Shown here: positions 9,651 through 18,721 of the stretch, piece by piece
How the letters are laid out: each line of letters opens with the position of its first letter
Numbering within the stretch: position 1 is the first letter of the stretch
Origin: Deltaproteobacteria bacterium
Lineage (GTDB): Bacteria; Myxococcota_A; Polyangia; Polyangiales; Houyiibacteriaceae
Direction of reading: 5' to 3'
NCBI GenBank assembly: GCA_034670305.1
Contig: JAXMNT010000021.1
Coordinates: forward strand, 32,001-96,000
Length of the DNA stretch: 64,000 nucleotides
The notes under the pieces: generated by a model
Seen by the model: the letters and a program-made list of their open reading frames with translations, nothing else
Databases searched by the model: none
What the model was told of the DNA's origin: nothing
Translations under genes and position numbers: made by a program

Positions 9651-10979
9651 GTGACCCGGCGCGCCACCATCTGTCTCCTGCTCGCGCTCACCGCGTTCGA
9701 TGCGGCCGGCCTCGCGACCCTGGTCGCTGCCGACGAGCTGCCCTGGCGGCGTCGGCGGCGCGCCGATGTGCGGCCAAGCCGCCGCGCCACCGCGATCGTC
9801 ACCGTGGCCGACTGGCCGGCCGAACCCACCAGTCCGCCCAACGTCGAGCCCGAGCGGTTCGCGAATGCGATCAAGGAGCTCTGCGGTTGGATGCCGCCCG
9901 GTCGCGCCACCCGCTACGGCGGCTGGATCCAGGAGTACGCGGCAGAGTTCGAAGTCGACCCCTTCCTCCTCGGCGCGCTCATGCACCGCATGGGCCGCTG
10001 CAACCCACGCGCGGAAGGCATGAGCGGGCTCGGACTCACTTCGATCCCGCGGCGCATGTACGGCGACTACGTGCGACACGGCCGATACCAGTACTGGGTC
10101 CGCTCCACCGAGAACCAAGAGTGGCTTGAGCAGTCGCTGCAGATGGACCGGTTCCCATTCGCGGAGGTCCGCATCCAGCGCCCGCAAGAGAACCTGTATT
10201 TCGCCGCTGCCTTCCTCCGGGTGTGGCGCGAACAACACCAGAGCCTCACCGAAGCGTTCGAACAGCACCCGCACCGCCACTACGTCTCGCACTTCGTGTG
10301 GGGCGACCGGGTCCGCAGCGATCGCGCGGAAGACCGCATCCTGACCGACCGGCGCCGGCTCTTGCAGTACTACGGGACCCAGCCCGTGATGGCGCCGATC
10401 GAAGCGCTCGGACTGAGCTGGTCCCCGCCGCTTGACGGCGCCCCACGGGTCATCAGCAGCTGGATCGGCGCCGAGCGCGATGGCGGGGAACGATCCCACC
10501 GCGGGGTGGACGTCGAGAGCGTGCTGGGAGAGCCGGTGCGCGCTGCCGCCAGTGGCCGGGTGAACTTCGCCGGGGTGGATTTTCCTGGCCGGCAGAACAA
10601 CCGGAACATGACGCCCGAGGAGATCGAGGCGGTGCCCCGCCAGCGCCTCGGACGCGGCGGGCGCTACGTGTGCGTCCTGCATCGGCCAGCCGCCGCGAAC
10701 ACAGAGGACGAGGCGGACGCACCCGACGCCGAGACGGCCACCGAAGATGGCGAAGAGGGCACGCACGGGTGGATCCGCAGCTGCTACATGCACCTCGAAG
10801 ACGTCGACGTTCGCTGGGGCCAAGACGTCGTTGCGGGGGAGCGGATCGGCACCGTCGGCCGCACCGGCATGCTCCGCTCGGCGCCGCATCTGCATTTCGA
10901 GCTGCACTCGCCCGACGGATTGATGGATGCGTCGGAAGTGCTCGCCGGGCACCTCATCGGCCACCGTCCGCCGGACTGA
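9651..10979 (+). CDS. Secreted M23-family peptidoglycan endopeptidase with an N-terminal degenerate SLT-like domain
   Basis: Signal peptide; M23 motifs HRGVD, YMHL, APHLHFEL; N-terminal IQEYAAEFEVDPFLLGALM...GLGL...PQENLYFAAAFL resembles SLT. Confidence 0.85.
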   Translation: MTRRATICLLLALTAFDAAGLATLVAADELPWRRRRRADVRPSRRATAIVTVADWPAEPTSPPNVEPERFANAIKELCGWMPPGRATRYGGWIQEYAAEFEVDPFLLGALMHRMGRCNPRAEGMSGLGLTSIPRRMYGDYVRHGRYQYWVRSTENQEWLEQSLQMDRFPFAEVRIQRPQENLYFAAAFLRVWREQHQSLTEAFEQHPHRHYVSHFVWGDRVRSDRAEDRILTDRRRLLQYYGTQPVMAPIEALGLSWSPPLDGAPRVISSWIGAERDGGERSHRGVDVESVLGEPVRAAASGRVNFAGVDFPGRQNNRNMTPEEIEAVPRQRLGRGGRYVCVLHRPAAANTEDEADAPDAETATEDGEEGTHGWIRSCYMHLEDVDVRWGQDVVAGERIGTVGRTGMLRSAPHLHFELHSPDGLMDASEVLAGHLIGHRPPD

Positions 10980-11029
10980 AGCGGCAGGTCGGAACGTTCA
11001 TGTCGGAACGCTGACGCCGAAGCCGAACC

Positions 11030-11058
11030 CGATCCTGTAGCGGATCTACAGCGGATCG
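11030..11058. terminator. Imperfect hairpin between convergent genes (possible terminator)
   Basis: CGATCCTGTAG...CTACAGCGGATCG stem with a bulge; no clear U-tract. Confidence 0.35.
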
Positions 11059-11072
11059 CGCAGCGAAACGCT

Positions 11073-12248
11073 CTAGCGGACGACGCCGGTGCGGCTGTCG
11101 TTCGTGACGACCTGCCAGACCAGCTCCTGCATGCGCCGCGCGACCGGTGCGCTGACGCCGTTGGCCGCCGGCAAGCCGGTGGGGTTGCGGCGGTAGATCG
11201 TCGCGTACATCACGAGGCCCACGTAGTACGCCATCGCGGCGCCGTGGTGGATGTCGTCGACGGGACCGCTGTGCACGGTGTTCATGCTGCTCATCCGGGA
11301 GCGCCAGTCGACCGATCCAGCTTCGCTCGCCGGCACGGGCCACTCGTTCGGCCAGTTGCTGTAGCCGTTCTGAATCAGGGTGTGGATGGTGAGTCCGCCG
11401 AAGTCTTCGCCCGCTTCGATGCGGTCGTAGAGCGCGCCGAGCGCGGTGCCGGCCGGGATGAGGCGGACGGTCAGGGTGCCCGAACAATCGCCCGCGCCGC
11501 CGTAGTAGGAATCGGGCGTCGGTGTGCGGCCGGTGGAGGCTTCGTCGGCGATGCGTTCCCAGCGCGGCCGGTCGTCGCGCAGCTGCTGACGCCAGTCGTG
11601 CACGTGCGGCGGATCGTAGTCGCCGTCGGGGTCCGTTCCGTACACGTGGTGCCAGGTCTCGTAGACGAAGAGTTCGGCGTCCGGACGCGCGCTCACGAGC
11701 GAGCAGAAGAACCGCCGCGCGTAGAACGGGGACTGGTGCCACATGTACGCTTGGTCGAGGAAGACGCCTTCGGTGACGACCATCGTGTCGTAGCGGGAGG
11801 CGTTGGTCTCGATCTCGCGTCGGAGGTTGCCGACCTCGTTCCAGTTCCAGCTCATCGGAGCACCGGGCGTGGTGTGCAGGAACTCCGAGTAGGCCTGTCC
11901 GCCGGACCGGGCGAGACCGCTCAGGACCTCGGGGATCGTCTGGGCGCCGCCCTGATACATGTCGCGGTGGCTGACCAGGCTGTGGCCGACGAAGTAGACG
12001 GTGGCGTTGTCGCGCGGCGCCGTCCCGGTGGGAGGCGGCTCGATGTACGCGTCGGTGCCTTCCGGCACGTCGATGCCAACTGTGCCGCTGTCGACGGCCG
12101 AGGAGGCGTCGACGCCGACCTCGCCGGAGTCGGGTCGGTTGGCGTCGGGCGCGTGCTCGTCTGGCGCGACCTGGCGGGCCACGCCGACACAGCCCAGTCC
12201 ACCGATTGGGAGGAAGAGAAGAGCGAGGGTGAGGTGCGCGGATTTCAT
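11073..12248 (-). CDS. SGNH/GDSL-like hydrolase lipoprotein
   Basis: Lipobox LGC; block I-like YFVGHSL; C-terminal DDIH (DxxH). Confidence 0.6.
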   Translation of the reverse strand: MKSAHLTLALLFLPIGGLGCVGVARQVAPDEHAPDANRPDSGEVGVDASSAVDSGTVGIDVPEGTDAYIEPPPTGTAPRDNATVYFVGHSLVSHRDMYQGGAQTIPEVLSGLARSGGQAYSEFLHTTPGAPMSWNWNEVGNLRREIETNASRYDTMVVTEGVFLDQAYMWHQSPFYARRFFCSLVSARPDAELFVYETWHHVYGTDPDGDYDPPHVHDWRQQLRDDRPRWERIADEASTGRTPTPDSYYGGAGDCSGTLTVRLIPAGTALGALYDRIEAGEDFGGLTIHTLIQNGYSNWPNEWPVPASEAGSVDWRSRMSSMNTVHSGPVDDIHHGAAMAYYVGLVMYATIYRRNPTGLPAANGVSAPVARRMQELVWQVVTNDSRTGVVR

Positions 12249-12398
12249 CGAAGCCGGCTATATGCGCGAGCCAGCAAACGCCCGCAACCGGTTGTGGGGA
12301 TTTCTCCCAGCGTTTGACCGCACTCTCGGGTGCCGTGGGGATTGGAAACCCGGCCGCGGCACCCACGGAGCCCTGGATCGAAACAACCCGCGCAATCC

Positions 12399-12796
12399 TA
12401 GCAGGTCGCTGAATAGCGACCTGCTCCCTTGCCGTTGCCCTTGCCCGTGCCCTTGCCCGCGTCGTGGACGCCGTGTGTTTCGCGACGGCGAGGCCGCGAA
12501 TCGGAGCCCGATGCCCAGCGGACGAAGCCGCCGGGCATCGGTCGGTGCTACGCGGTGCAGCTCCGCAGCCGCGCGACGCGTAGGAGGTTGTATGCGGCCC
12601 CGGCCAGGTAGGCGGCGAACTGTGTCTTGCGTCTGCCTCGATATTCATGGGTGTGCCCCCAAGAAGTATCGAACGGGCTCTCGCCACCTCGAGCTCAAGC
12701 GATCTGACCGCTGATCCGCGGGCAAAGGCAAGGGCAGGGGCAGGGGCAAGGGGCAGGCTGCGAGAACGCCCTGCGGCGTTCTTCAGCAGCCTGCTA
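12399..12796. mobile_element. Putative MITE-like non-autonomous element E (~400 bp)
   Basis: 15-bp terminal inverted repeats TAGCAGGTCGCTGAA (12399-12413) and TTCAGCAGCCTGCTA (12782-12796), 13/15 match; subterminal (CCCTTG)n/(GGGCAR)n inverted arms; no credible ORF inside. Confidence 0.5.
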
Positions 12797-12831
12797 TGCG
12801 CGGGTCATGTACCAGTCATGAAAGAGAGGCG

Positions 12832-12990
12832 TCAGCGGCGTTGGCCGCGGCGGGGCGGGGGGCGGCGGCGGGGCCGAACCGGCTGCAACTGCGGTTGCGG
12901 GGCGACCAGCTCGCCGAGCGCTTCCAGGATCTCGCCGATCGTTTCGGTCACCCGTTCCTGGAGTCGTTCGAGCGTGCCCTTCTCTTTCAC
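12832..12990 (-). CDS. Possible small basic protein (~52 aa)
   Basis: GTG start; KEKGTLERLQERVTETIGEILEALGELVAPQPQLQPVRPRRR, an amphipathic helix plus Arg-rich tail; short, with an uncertain start. Confidence 0.35.
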   Translation of the reverse strand: MKEKGTLERLQERVTETIGEILEALGELVAPQPQLQPVRPRRRPPPRRGQRR

Positions 12991-13120
12991 CCGTTCATGG
13001 TTGGGGCGCGTGTGAGCAATGTCAACCTCGATGTACGAAAGATGCACGCCTTTCAACACACTTGTCGCGGATCCATTACGGAAACGTGGGACGCTGGCAA
13101 GAGTGCGGTAGGGTAGGCAG

Positions 13121-13615
13121 GTGACGAGACCGTCGACGATCCCGATGGATGGGCGTGCGCTGACCGCAGCCGAGCAGGTCGCACTGCTCGACGAGATGGC
13201 GGACATCATTCAGGCGAGCCACCTGTTCAAGTCGCTCGACACCGACGGCCGCACCGAGGTGCTGGAGTCCGGCTACGTGATGACGTTCCACGAGAACGAC
13301 GTGGTCATCAAGCAGGGCGACGTCGGCGAAGTGATGTACCTGATCCTCCGCGGCAAGGTCGCGGTCGAGACGGCGACGCCGGGCGGCACGATCCAGTTGG
13401 CGGAGCTCGGTCACGGAGCGTGCGTCGGTGAGGTGAGCGTGCTCAGTGGTCAGATGCGAACGGCGACGGTGACGGCGCTCGAGGACGTCGACGCGGTCGC
13501 GTTCCACAAACACCGCATCGAGCGGGTGCTCCAGAAGTTTCCGCGGGTTCGAGAGATCCTCGAGTCGATCGTCGATGCGCGCGCACGCGACACCATCGAA
13601 AAAATCATCGGCTGA
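13121..13615 (+). CDS. Stand-alone cyclic nucleotide-binding domain protein
   Basis: VIKQGDVGEVMYLILRGKV, GACVGEVSVL, RTATVTA; TAGGGT 6 nt upstream of the GTG. Confidence 0.9.
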   Translation: MTRPSTIPMDGRALTAAEQVALLDEMADIIQASHLFKSLDTDGRTEVLESGYVMTFHENDVVIKQGDVGEVMYLILRGKVAVETATPGGTIQLAELGHGACVGEVSVLSGQMRTATVTALEDVDAVAFHKHRIERVLQKFPRVREILESIVDARARDTIEKIIG

Positions 13616-13622
13616 GCGGTCC

Positions 13623-15062
13623 GTGCACATTCATCTGATCGGGGTCTGTGGCACGGGCATGGGGGCGCTCGCTGGGCTCCTCGCGAGCCAGGGCCACCGG
13701 GTGACCGGCTCCGATCGCGCGTTCGATCCACCCATGGGTCCGGCGCTTTTGCGCTGGGGCGTCGAGACGATGCCGGGATGGGATCCCGCGAACCTCGAAC
13801 CGGCACCGGATCTCGTCGTGGTCGGCAACGTCTGCCGGCCGAACAACCCGGAGGCGCGCGCCGCCATCGACGGAGGCCTGGCCTACACCTCGTTCCCGGG
13901 CGCGATGGAAGCGCGGTTCTTGCGGGACCGACCCTCACTCGTCGTCGCAGGCACCCACGGCAAGACGACCACGACGAGCCTGGTCGCGCACTTGTTGCGG
14001 GAGGGCGGCACCGATCCGGGCTTCTTGGTCGGCGGCATTCCCCGCAACTTCGACGCGAGTTTCCGACTCGGCGGGCCGAACGCCCCGTTCGCGATCGAAG
14101 GGGACGAGTACGACTGCGCCTTCTTCGAGAAGAAGCCGAAGTTCTGGCGCTACCACCCGAAGTGCGCGGTGCTCACGTCGGTCGAGCACGACCACATCGA
14201 CATCTATCCGGACGAAGCCTCGTACCTGGATGCGTTCCGCGGGTTCATCGACCGCATCCCCGAAGACGGCCTCCTGATCGCCTACGCCGGCGACCCGCAC
14301 GTGCGCGCGTTGGCCGCTTCGGCCCATTGTGGCGTCCGCTTCTACGCCCTCGAGGGCGACGACACCGGCGGGGTCCCGGCGATTTGGACTGGGGCGCTTG
14401 GACAGCCGACTGAAGACGGTGGTCAGCCGATCGACCTGTTCGGGGGCGGCACCTTCCTCGGGCGCGTGCACAGCCCGCTCTCCGGTGCGCACAACGCGCG
14501 CAACGTCGTCGCGGCGATCGCGCTCGCGACGGAAGGCGCGGGGGTGGACGTGGCCGCGGCGATGAACGCGATGCCGAAGTTCGCGGGGGTGCGCCGGCGC
14601 CAAGAACTCTTGGCGGTGGCGGGCGGCGTCCGGGTCTACGACGACTTCGCCCACCACCCGACCGCGGTCCGCGAGACCCTCGCAGGGCTTCGGCGCCGGC
14701 ACCCGAGCGGCAAACTCATCGCCGCGTTCGAACCGCGAAGTGCGACCGCGTCTCGAAGCCAGCACCAAGCGGAGTACCCCGACGCGTTCGCGAGCGCGGA
14801 CGTGGCGGTGCTCGCGCCGGTCGGTCGGCCGGAGATCGACGCGTCGGAGAAGCTCGACATCGACGCGATCGTCTCCGCCATCGGACGCTCGGGGCACCGT
14901 GGGGTCGCGTGTGGTTCGCTCGACGAAGTCCGCGCTGCGATCCTCGATCACGCTTCGGCCGGAGACACCGTGGTGCTGATGAGCAACGGGTTCTTCGGCG
15001 GGCTGCACGACCAGGTGATCGCCGGCCTCACCCTTCAGTCTCTCGAACCGCTCGACCGCTGA
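13623..15062 (+). CDS. mpl: Murein peptide ligase (UDP-MurNAc:L-Ala-gamma-D-Glu-mDAP ligase)
   Basis: HIHLIGVCGTGMGALA, VAGTHGKTTTT, IEGDEYDCAFFEKKPKF, EHDHIDIY, DDFAHHPTA, FEPRS, MSNGFFGG; Mpl-type rather than MurC-type signatures. Confidence 0.9.
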   Translation: MHIHLIGVCGTGMGALAGLLASQGHRVTGSDRAFDPPMGPALLRWGVETMPGWDPANLEPAPDLVVVGNVCRPNNPEARAAIDGGLAYTSFPGAMEARFLRDRPSLVVAGTHGKTTTTSLVAHLLREGGTDPGFLVGGIPRNFDASFRLGGPNAPFAIEGDEYDCAFFEKKPKFWRYHPKCAVLTSVEHDHIDIYPDEASYLDAFRGFIDRIPEDGLLIAYAGDPHVRALAASAHCGVRFYALEGDDTGGVPAIWTGALGQPTEDGGQPIDLFGGGTFLGRVHSPLSGAHNARNVVAAIALATEGAGVDVAAAMNAMPKFAGVRRRQELLAVAGGVRVYDDFAHHPTAVRETLAGLRRRHPSGKLIAAFEPRSATASRSQHQAEYPDAFASADVAVLAPVGRPEIDASEKLDIDAIVSAIGRSGHRGVACGSLDEVRAAILDHASAGDTVVLMSNGFFGGLHDQVIAGLTLQSLEPLDR

Positions 15063-15121
15063 ACACCGTTTGCAAGGCGCGAGCGTTTGACGTGTCGCGG
15101 AGGCGGCCCCATCAATCCCGG

Positions 15122-15919
15122 ATGCGGAATCCGACGATCGCGGCGCTCTTGGGGTTTGTCCTCTTCGGTTGTGCCGACACCGCCCCCCCGACCTGGCCCG
15201 GCGAAGGAGAGCTCACGGCCTCCGAGTCGAGCGCCGATGGTGTGACGCTCAGCTGGCCAGCCGCCAGCGACGACAACCACGTCGCGCACTACCGGGTGCT
15301 TCAGGAAGACGACGAGATCGCGACGGTGTCCGGCAGCACGCTCGAGTACCGGGTGTCCCGGCTCGACGACGCAACCGAGTACCGCTTCGGGGTGCTCGCC
15401 ATCGACGACTCACAGAACGAGAGCGGCCGCCTCTACCTCACGCTGACCACGCACGACGGCACCCCGCCCGGATGGAACCGGGGCGCGCGGCTCATGGTGG
15501 AGGCGCTCGAAGCCGGCGAGGGGGAAGACCCCAAGGTTCAGCTGCGTTGGGGCGGCGGGAACGACAACATCGGCATCGCGGGGTTCCGGCTGCGGCGGGA
15601 TGGACACATGGTCGTCGAACTCGGAGCCGAGGTGTACGAACACACGCTCGAGGGCGGCGCCGAAGGCATCGATCTGGTGGCGTTCGACGAAGCGGGCAAC
15701 GTCTCGGTCCCATTGGCGGCCAGTCCAGGCGAAGTCGCCGAAGTGGCGCCGCCGGCCGAACCGACCGAGCCGCCTGGCACGTTGAACAGCGCGCAGCTCC
15801 CGAGCTCCGCTGCGATCCGCGAACAGCTCCAGCGGGCGACCCCGCGCCTGCAGATCAACCGCCCGCTCATCCGGCCCCAGGTGCAGCAGCGCTTCCAGCT
15901 CGACCCCACGATGCGCTGA
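15122..15919 (+). CDS. Fibronectin type III domain lipoprotein
   Basis: Lipobox LFGC; DTAPPTWP, VTLSWPAASDDNHVAHYRV, YRFGVLAIDDSQNES; a second FN3-like repeat follows. Confidence 0.8.
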   Translation: MRNPTIAALLGFVLFGCADTAPPTWPGEGELTASESSADGVTLSWPAASDDNHVAHYRVLQEDDEIATVSGSTLEYRVSRLDDATEYRFGVLAIDDSQNESGRLYLTLTTHDGTPPGWNRGARLMVEALEAGEGEDPKVQLRWGGGNDNIGIAGFRLRRDGHMVVELGAEVYEHTLEGGAEGIDLVAFDEAGNVSVPLAASPGEVAEVAPPAEPTEPPGTLNSAQLPSSAAIREQLQRATPRLQINRPLIRPQVQQRFQLDPTMR

Positions 15920-16038
15920 AGCGACCCGCCCGCCCCATCCACGACGCGGGCCACCCTGGATCCAAACGGGCCACCCCAGAACCCAAGCGCACGGGAGAAG
16001 GGCTGGTGCGAGCGGCGCGTTCGACGTAAGCCGTAGTC

Positions 16039-17643
16039 ATGGCCGACACGGACTTCGATTGGATCATCATCGGCAGCGGCTTTGGCGGCAGCGTGTCCGC
16101 GCTGCGTTTGGCCGAACGGGGACACCGCGTGCTCGTCATCGAGAAGGGTCGACGGTTCGGCACCGAGGACTTCCCCAAGAACAACTGGGACGTGAAGAAC
16201 TGGATGTGGAATCCGGGCATGGGCATGAAGGGCATCTTTCAGATGACCTTCTTCGAGCACGTCACCGTCCTGCACGGCGTCGGGGTCGGCGGCGGTTCCC
16301 TGACCTACGCGAACACCCTCCCCACCCCGACCGCGAACTTCTTCAACGCGAACTCGTGGGGCCACCTGGCGCGCTGGCAGTCCGAACTCGCCCCGCACTA
16401 CGAGACCGCGCGCCGCATGCTCGGCGCCACCGAGAACCCACGCATGACCAAGGGCGACCGGGTGTTGCTCGAGATCGCCAAAGAGATGGGCCGCGAGGAC
16501 GACTTCCACAAGACCACGGTCGCGGTGCACTTCGGGGAGCCCGGCAAGAAAGTGCCGGACCCCTACTTCGATGGCCGCGGACCGGACCGCGTCGGCTGCA
16601 CGTTCTGCGGCGCATGCATGACCGGCTGCCGGGTCGGGGCGAAGAACACGCTCGACCGCAACTACCTCTACCTCGCAGAGAAACTCGGTGCGCAGGTCCA
16701 GTCGCAGACCGAGGTCACGCACGTCGGCGAGCTGGCCCGGTCCGGCCAGGAACGGGGCGGCTACTTCGTCCGCGTGAAGCCGTCCTTCGGTCGCGGCGAG
16801 GAAGAGACGATCAGCGCGAAGAACGTCGTCTTCTCCGGCGGTGTGCTCGGCACGATCCCACTGCTCTTGGCGATGAAAGAGAAGAACGATGGGTTGCCAC
16901 GCTTGAGCGACCGGACGGGCGACTCGGTGCGCACCAACAACGAAGCGCTCATCGGCGTCATCGCCCCGAACGTGGAAGAGGACCTGTCGGAAGGCGTCGC
17001 GATCACGTCGATCCTCCACACCGACGAACACAGCCACGTCGAGCCGGTGCGCTACGGCAAGGGTTCGGACTTCTTCCGGCTCATGACCTTGCCGCATGCG
17101 AACAAGCCGACCGCTCTGGCGCGCATGGCCGGCGCCGCGGGTGGATTCCTCCGCCACCCGAAGCTGTGGAGCAAAGCGATCACGATGAACAACTGGTCGC
17201 GCAAGAGCATGGTGCTGCTCTACATGCGGACCCTCGAGAGCACGCTGAAGCTGAGGCTCGGCCGCAACTTCCGGACCGGGTTTCGGCGCGGCCTGGTCAC
17301 GCAGCTGCCCGAACACTCCGCGGCGCCGAGCGCCTTCATGGACGAGGCGACCGAGATCGCACAGCGGTTCAGCGAGAAGGTGGGCGGCGTGCCGATGAAC
17401 CTCGTGACCGAGACGCTGATGGGCATTCCCTCGACCGCACACATCCTCGGGGGTGCGTGCATGGGCGAAGACGCGGACAGCGGCGTCATCGATCCACTCC
17501 ACCGCGTGCATGGACACCCGGGGCTGTACGTGATCGATGGGTCTGCCGTCTCGGCGAACCCGGGCGTGAACCCCTCGCTGACGATCACCGCGCTTGCCGA
17601 ACGCGCGATGTCCCACGTCGCCGCGGCCCCCACGCGATCGTAG
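16039..17643 (+). CDS. choD: GMC oxidoreductase, cholesterol oxidase-like (ChoD type)
   Basis: IIGSGFGGSVSALRLAERG, GVGVGGGSLTYAN, CTFCGACMTGC, GAKNTLDRNYL, TAHILGG, NPGVNPSLTITALAERAM. Confidence 0.85.
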   Translation: MADTDFDWIIIGSGFGGSVSALRLAERGHRVLVIEKGRRFGTEDFPKNNWDVKNWMWNPGMGMKGIFQMTFFEHVTVLHGVGVGGGSLTYANTLPTPTANFFNANSWGHLARWQSELAPHYETARRMLGATENPRMTKGDRVLLEIAKEMGREDDFHKTTVAVHFGEPGKKVPDPYFDGRGPDRVGCTFCGACMTGCRVGAKNTLDRNYLYLAEKLGAQVQSQTEVTHVGELARSGQERGGYFVRVKPSFGRGEEETISAKNVVFSGGVLGTIPLLLAMKEKNDGLPRLSDRTGDSVRTNNEALIGVIAPNVEEDLSEGVAITSILHTDEHSHVEPVRYGKGSDFFRLMTLPHANKPTALARMAGAAGGFLRHPKLWSKAITMNNWSRKSMVLLYMRTLESTLKLRLGRNFRTGFRRGLVTQLPEHSAAPSAFMDEATEIAQRFSEKVGGVPMNLVTETLMGIPSTAHILGGACMGEDADSGVIDPLHRVHGHPGLYVIDGSAVSANPGVNPSLTITALAERAMSHVAAAPTRS

Positions 17644-17705
17644 CAGACGGGCTCGCCTGGTTCGGCTGCCGGGTGGTCACGCAACCCTGCGCGAACCGGA
17701 TCCGA

Positions 17706-18596
17706 TCACTGGATCAGCGCGCGGATCGCATCGGCGACGACGCCGGTCCGGCTTCGGCGGTTCACGTCCGGCGCGTCCAGGCCGAGCCGGTGCGCGAGGC
17801 ACAGCGTCGTGCGGGCCAGCTCGACACCGCACGCCAACCGCACGAGCCCCGCGTTCTCACCCACCACGTCCGGCATCGCGCAGACGAAGGTGCCGCGTCG
17901 GCACGCGTCCACCGCCACCTGCATGCGGCTGACCCGTAGGCCGACCCGGCGGGGTTCGTGTTCCGGCCATGCGTCGGGGGTGGCGCCGCGCTCGTCGGCT
18001 GCGGGCGCGACGAACACCGCGGTGCGCACCGCGTTCGAGTCCCCGGTCCAGGCGAGCGGGTGGCCCGGTGCGCAGTACACGCCGTGGGTGAGTTCGGTGA
18101 GCCGGTGCACTTCGACGTCCGGGTCGAGGAGTGGATCGTCGAGCAGCGCGAGGTCGAGCGCGCCTTTGCGCAGCATCGGGATCACCTGGTCGGAGGGGCA
18201 GGGCGTCAGGTGCACGGTGAGCCCTGGGTGCTCCTCGGCGAGCGCCTCGACCGCACCGAAGACGAACACAGGCGCCAGCGGACCCGGGCAGGAGATGTGG
18301 ACGGGGCCATGCAGCCCAGGGGTCGTCGCCGCTTGGAGCCCCTCGTCCATCATCCGCATCGCGAACCGCACCGAGCTCAACATCTCCCGGCCGGCCGCGT
18401 TGAGCTGGAGCCGGCGGCCCACCCGATCGAAGAGCGGCGTCCCCACGTTCTGTTCGAGCAACTTGATGGTGCGCGAGAGCGCGGAGGGGCTGACGTGAAG
18501 CGCGGCGCTCGCAGAAGGCAGGTGTTCGAGCTCCGCCACGACCCGGAAGGCGGGCAAATAGGACCAAAGCGAGGCGATGCGGCGGGACCGTTCCAT
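17706..18596 (-). CDS. LysR-family transcriptional regulator
   Basis: HTH SAALHVSPSALSRTIKLLEQNVGTPLFDRVGRRLQLNAAG; LRKGALDLAL. Confidence 0.92.
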   Translation of the reverse strand: MERSRRIASLWSYLPAFRVVAELEHLPSASAALHVSPSALSRTIKLLEQNVGTPLFDRVGRRLQLNAAGREMLSSVRFAMRMMDEGLQAATTPGLHGPVHISCPGPLAPVFVFGAVEALAEEHPGLTVHLTPCPSDQVIPMLRKGALDLALLDDPLLDPDVEVHRLTELTHGVYCAPGHPLAWTGDSNAVRTAVFVAPAADERGATPDAWPEHEPRRVGLRVSRMQVAVDACRRGTFVCAMPDVVGENAGLVRLACGVELARTTLCLAHRLGLDAPDVNRRSRTGVVADAIRALIQ

Positions 18597-18597
18597 G

Positions 18598-18620
18598 ATC
18601 GTTGAGCATATTAGAACGAT
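18598..18620. promoter_or_regulatory. Probable LysR operator, perfect dyad ATCGTT-N11-AACGAT
   Basis: Contains the canonical T-N11-A LTTR box; AT-rich; immediately upstream of the lysR start and divergent from the gene at 18722. Confidence 0.65.
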
Positions 18621-18721
18621 TCGTGCAAAAAGTTCTACTGAGAGAATCGAAACGCATCGCGCCCTGCCGCTTAGGGGTCAGGCACGGCCGCTCGACGCGG
18701 CCCTTGAAGGGGAGACTTACG

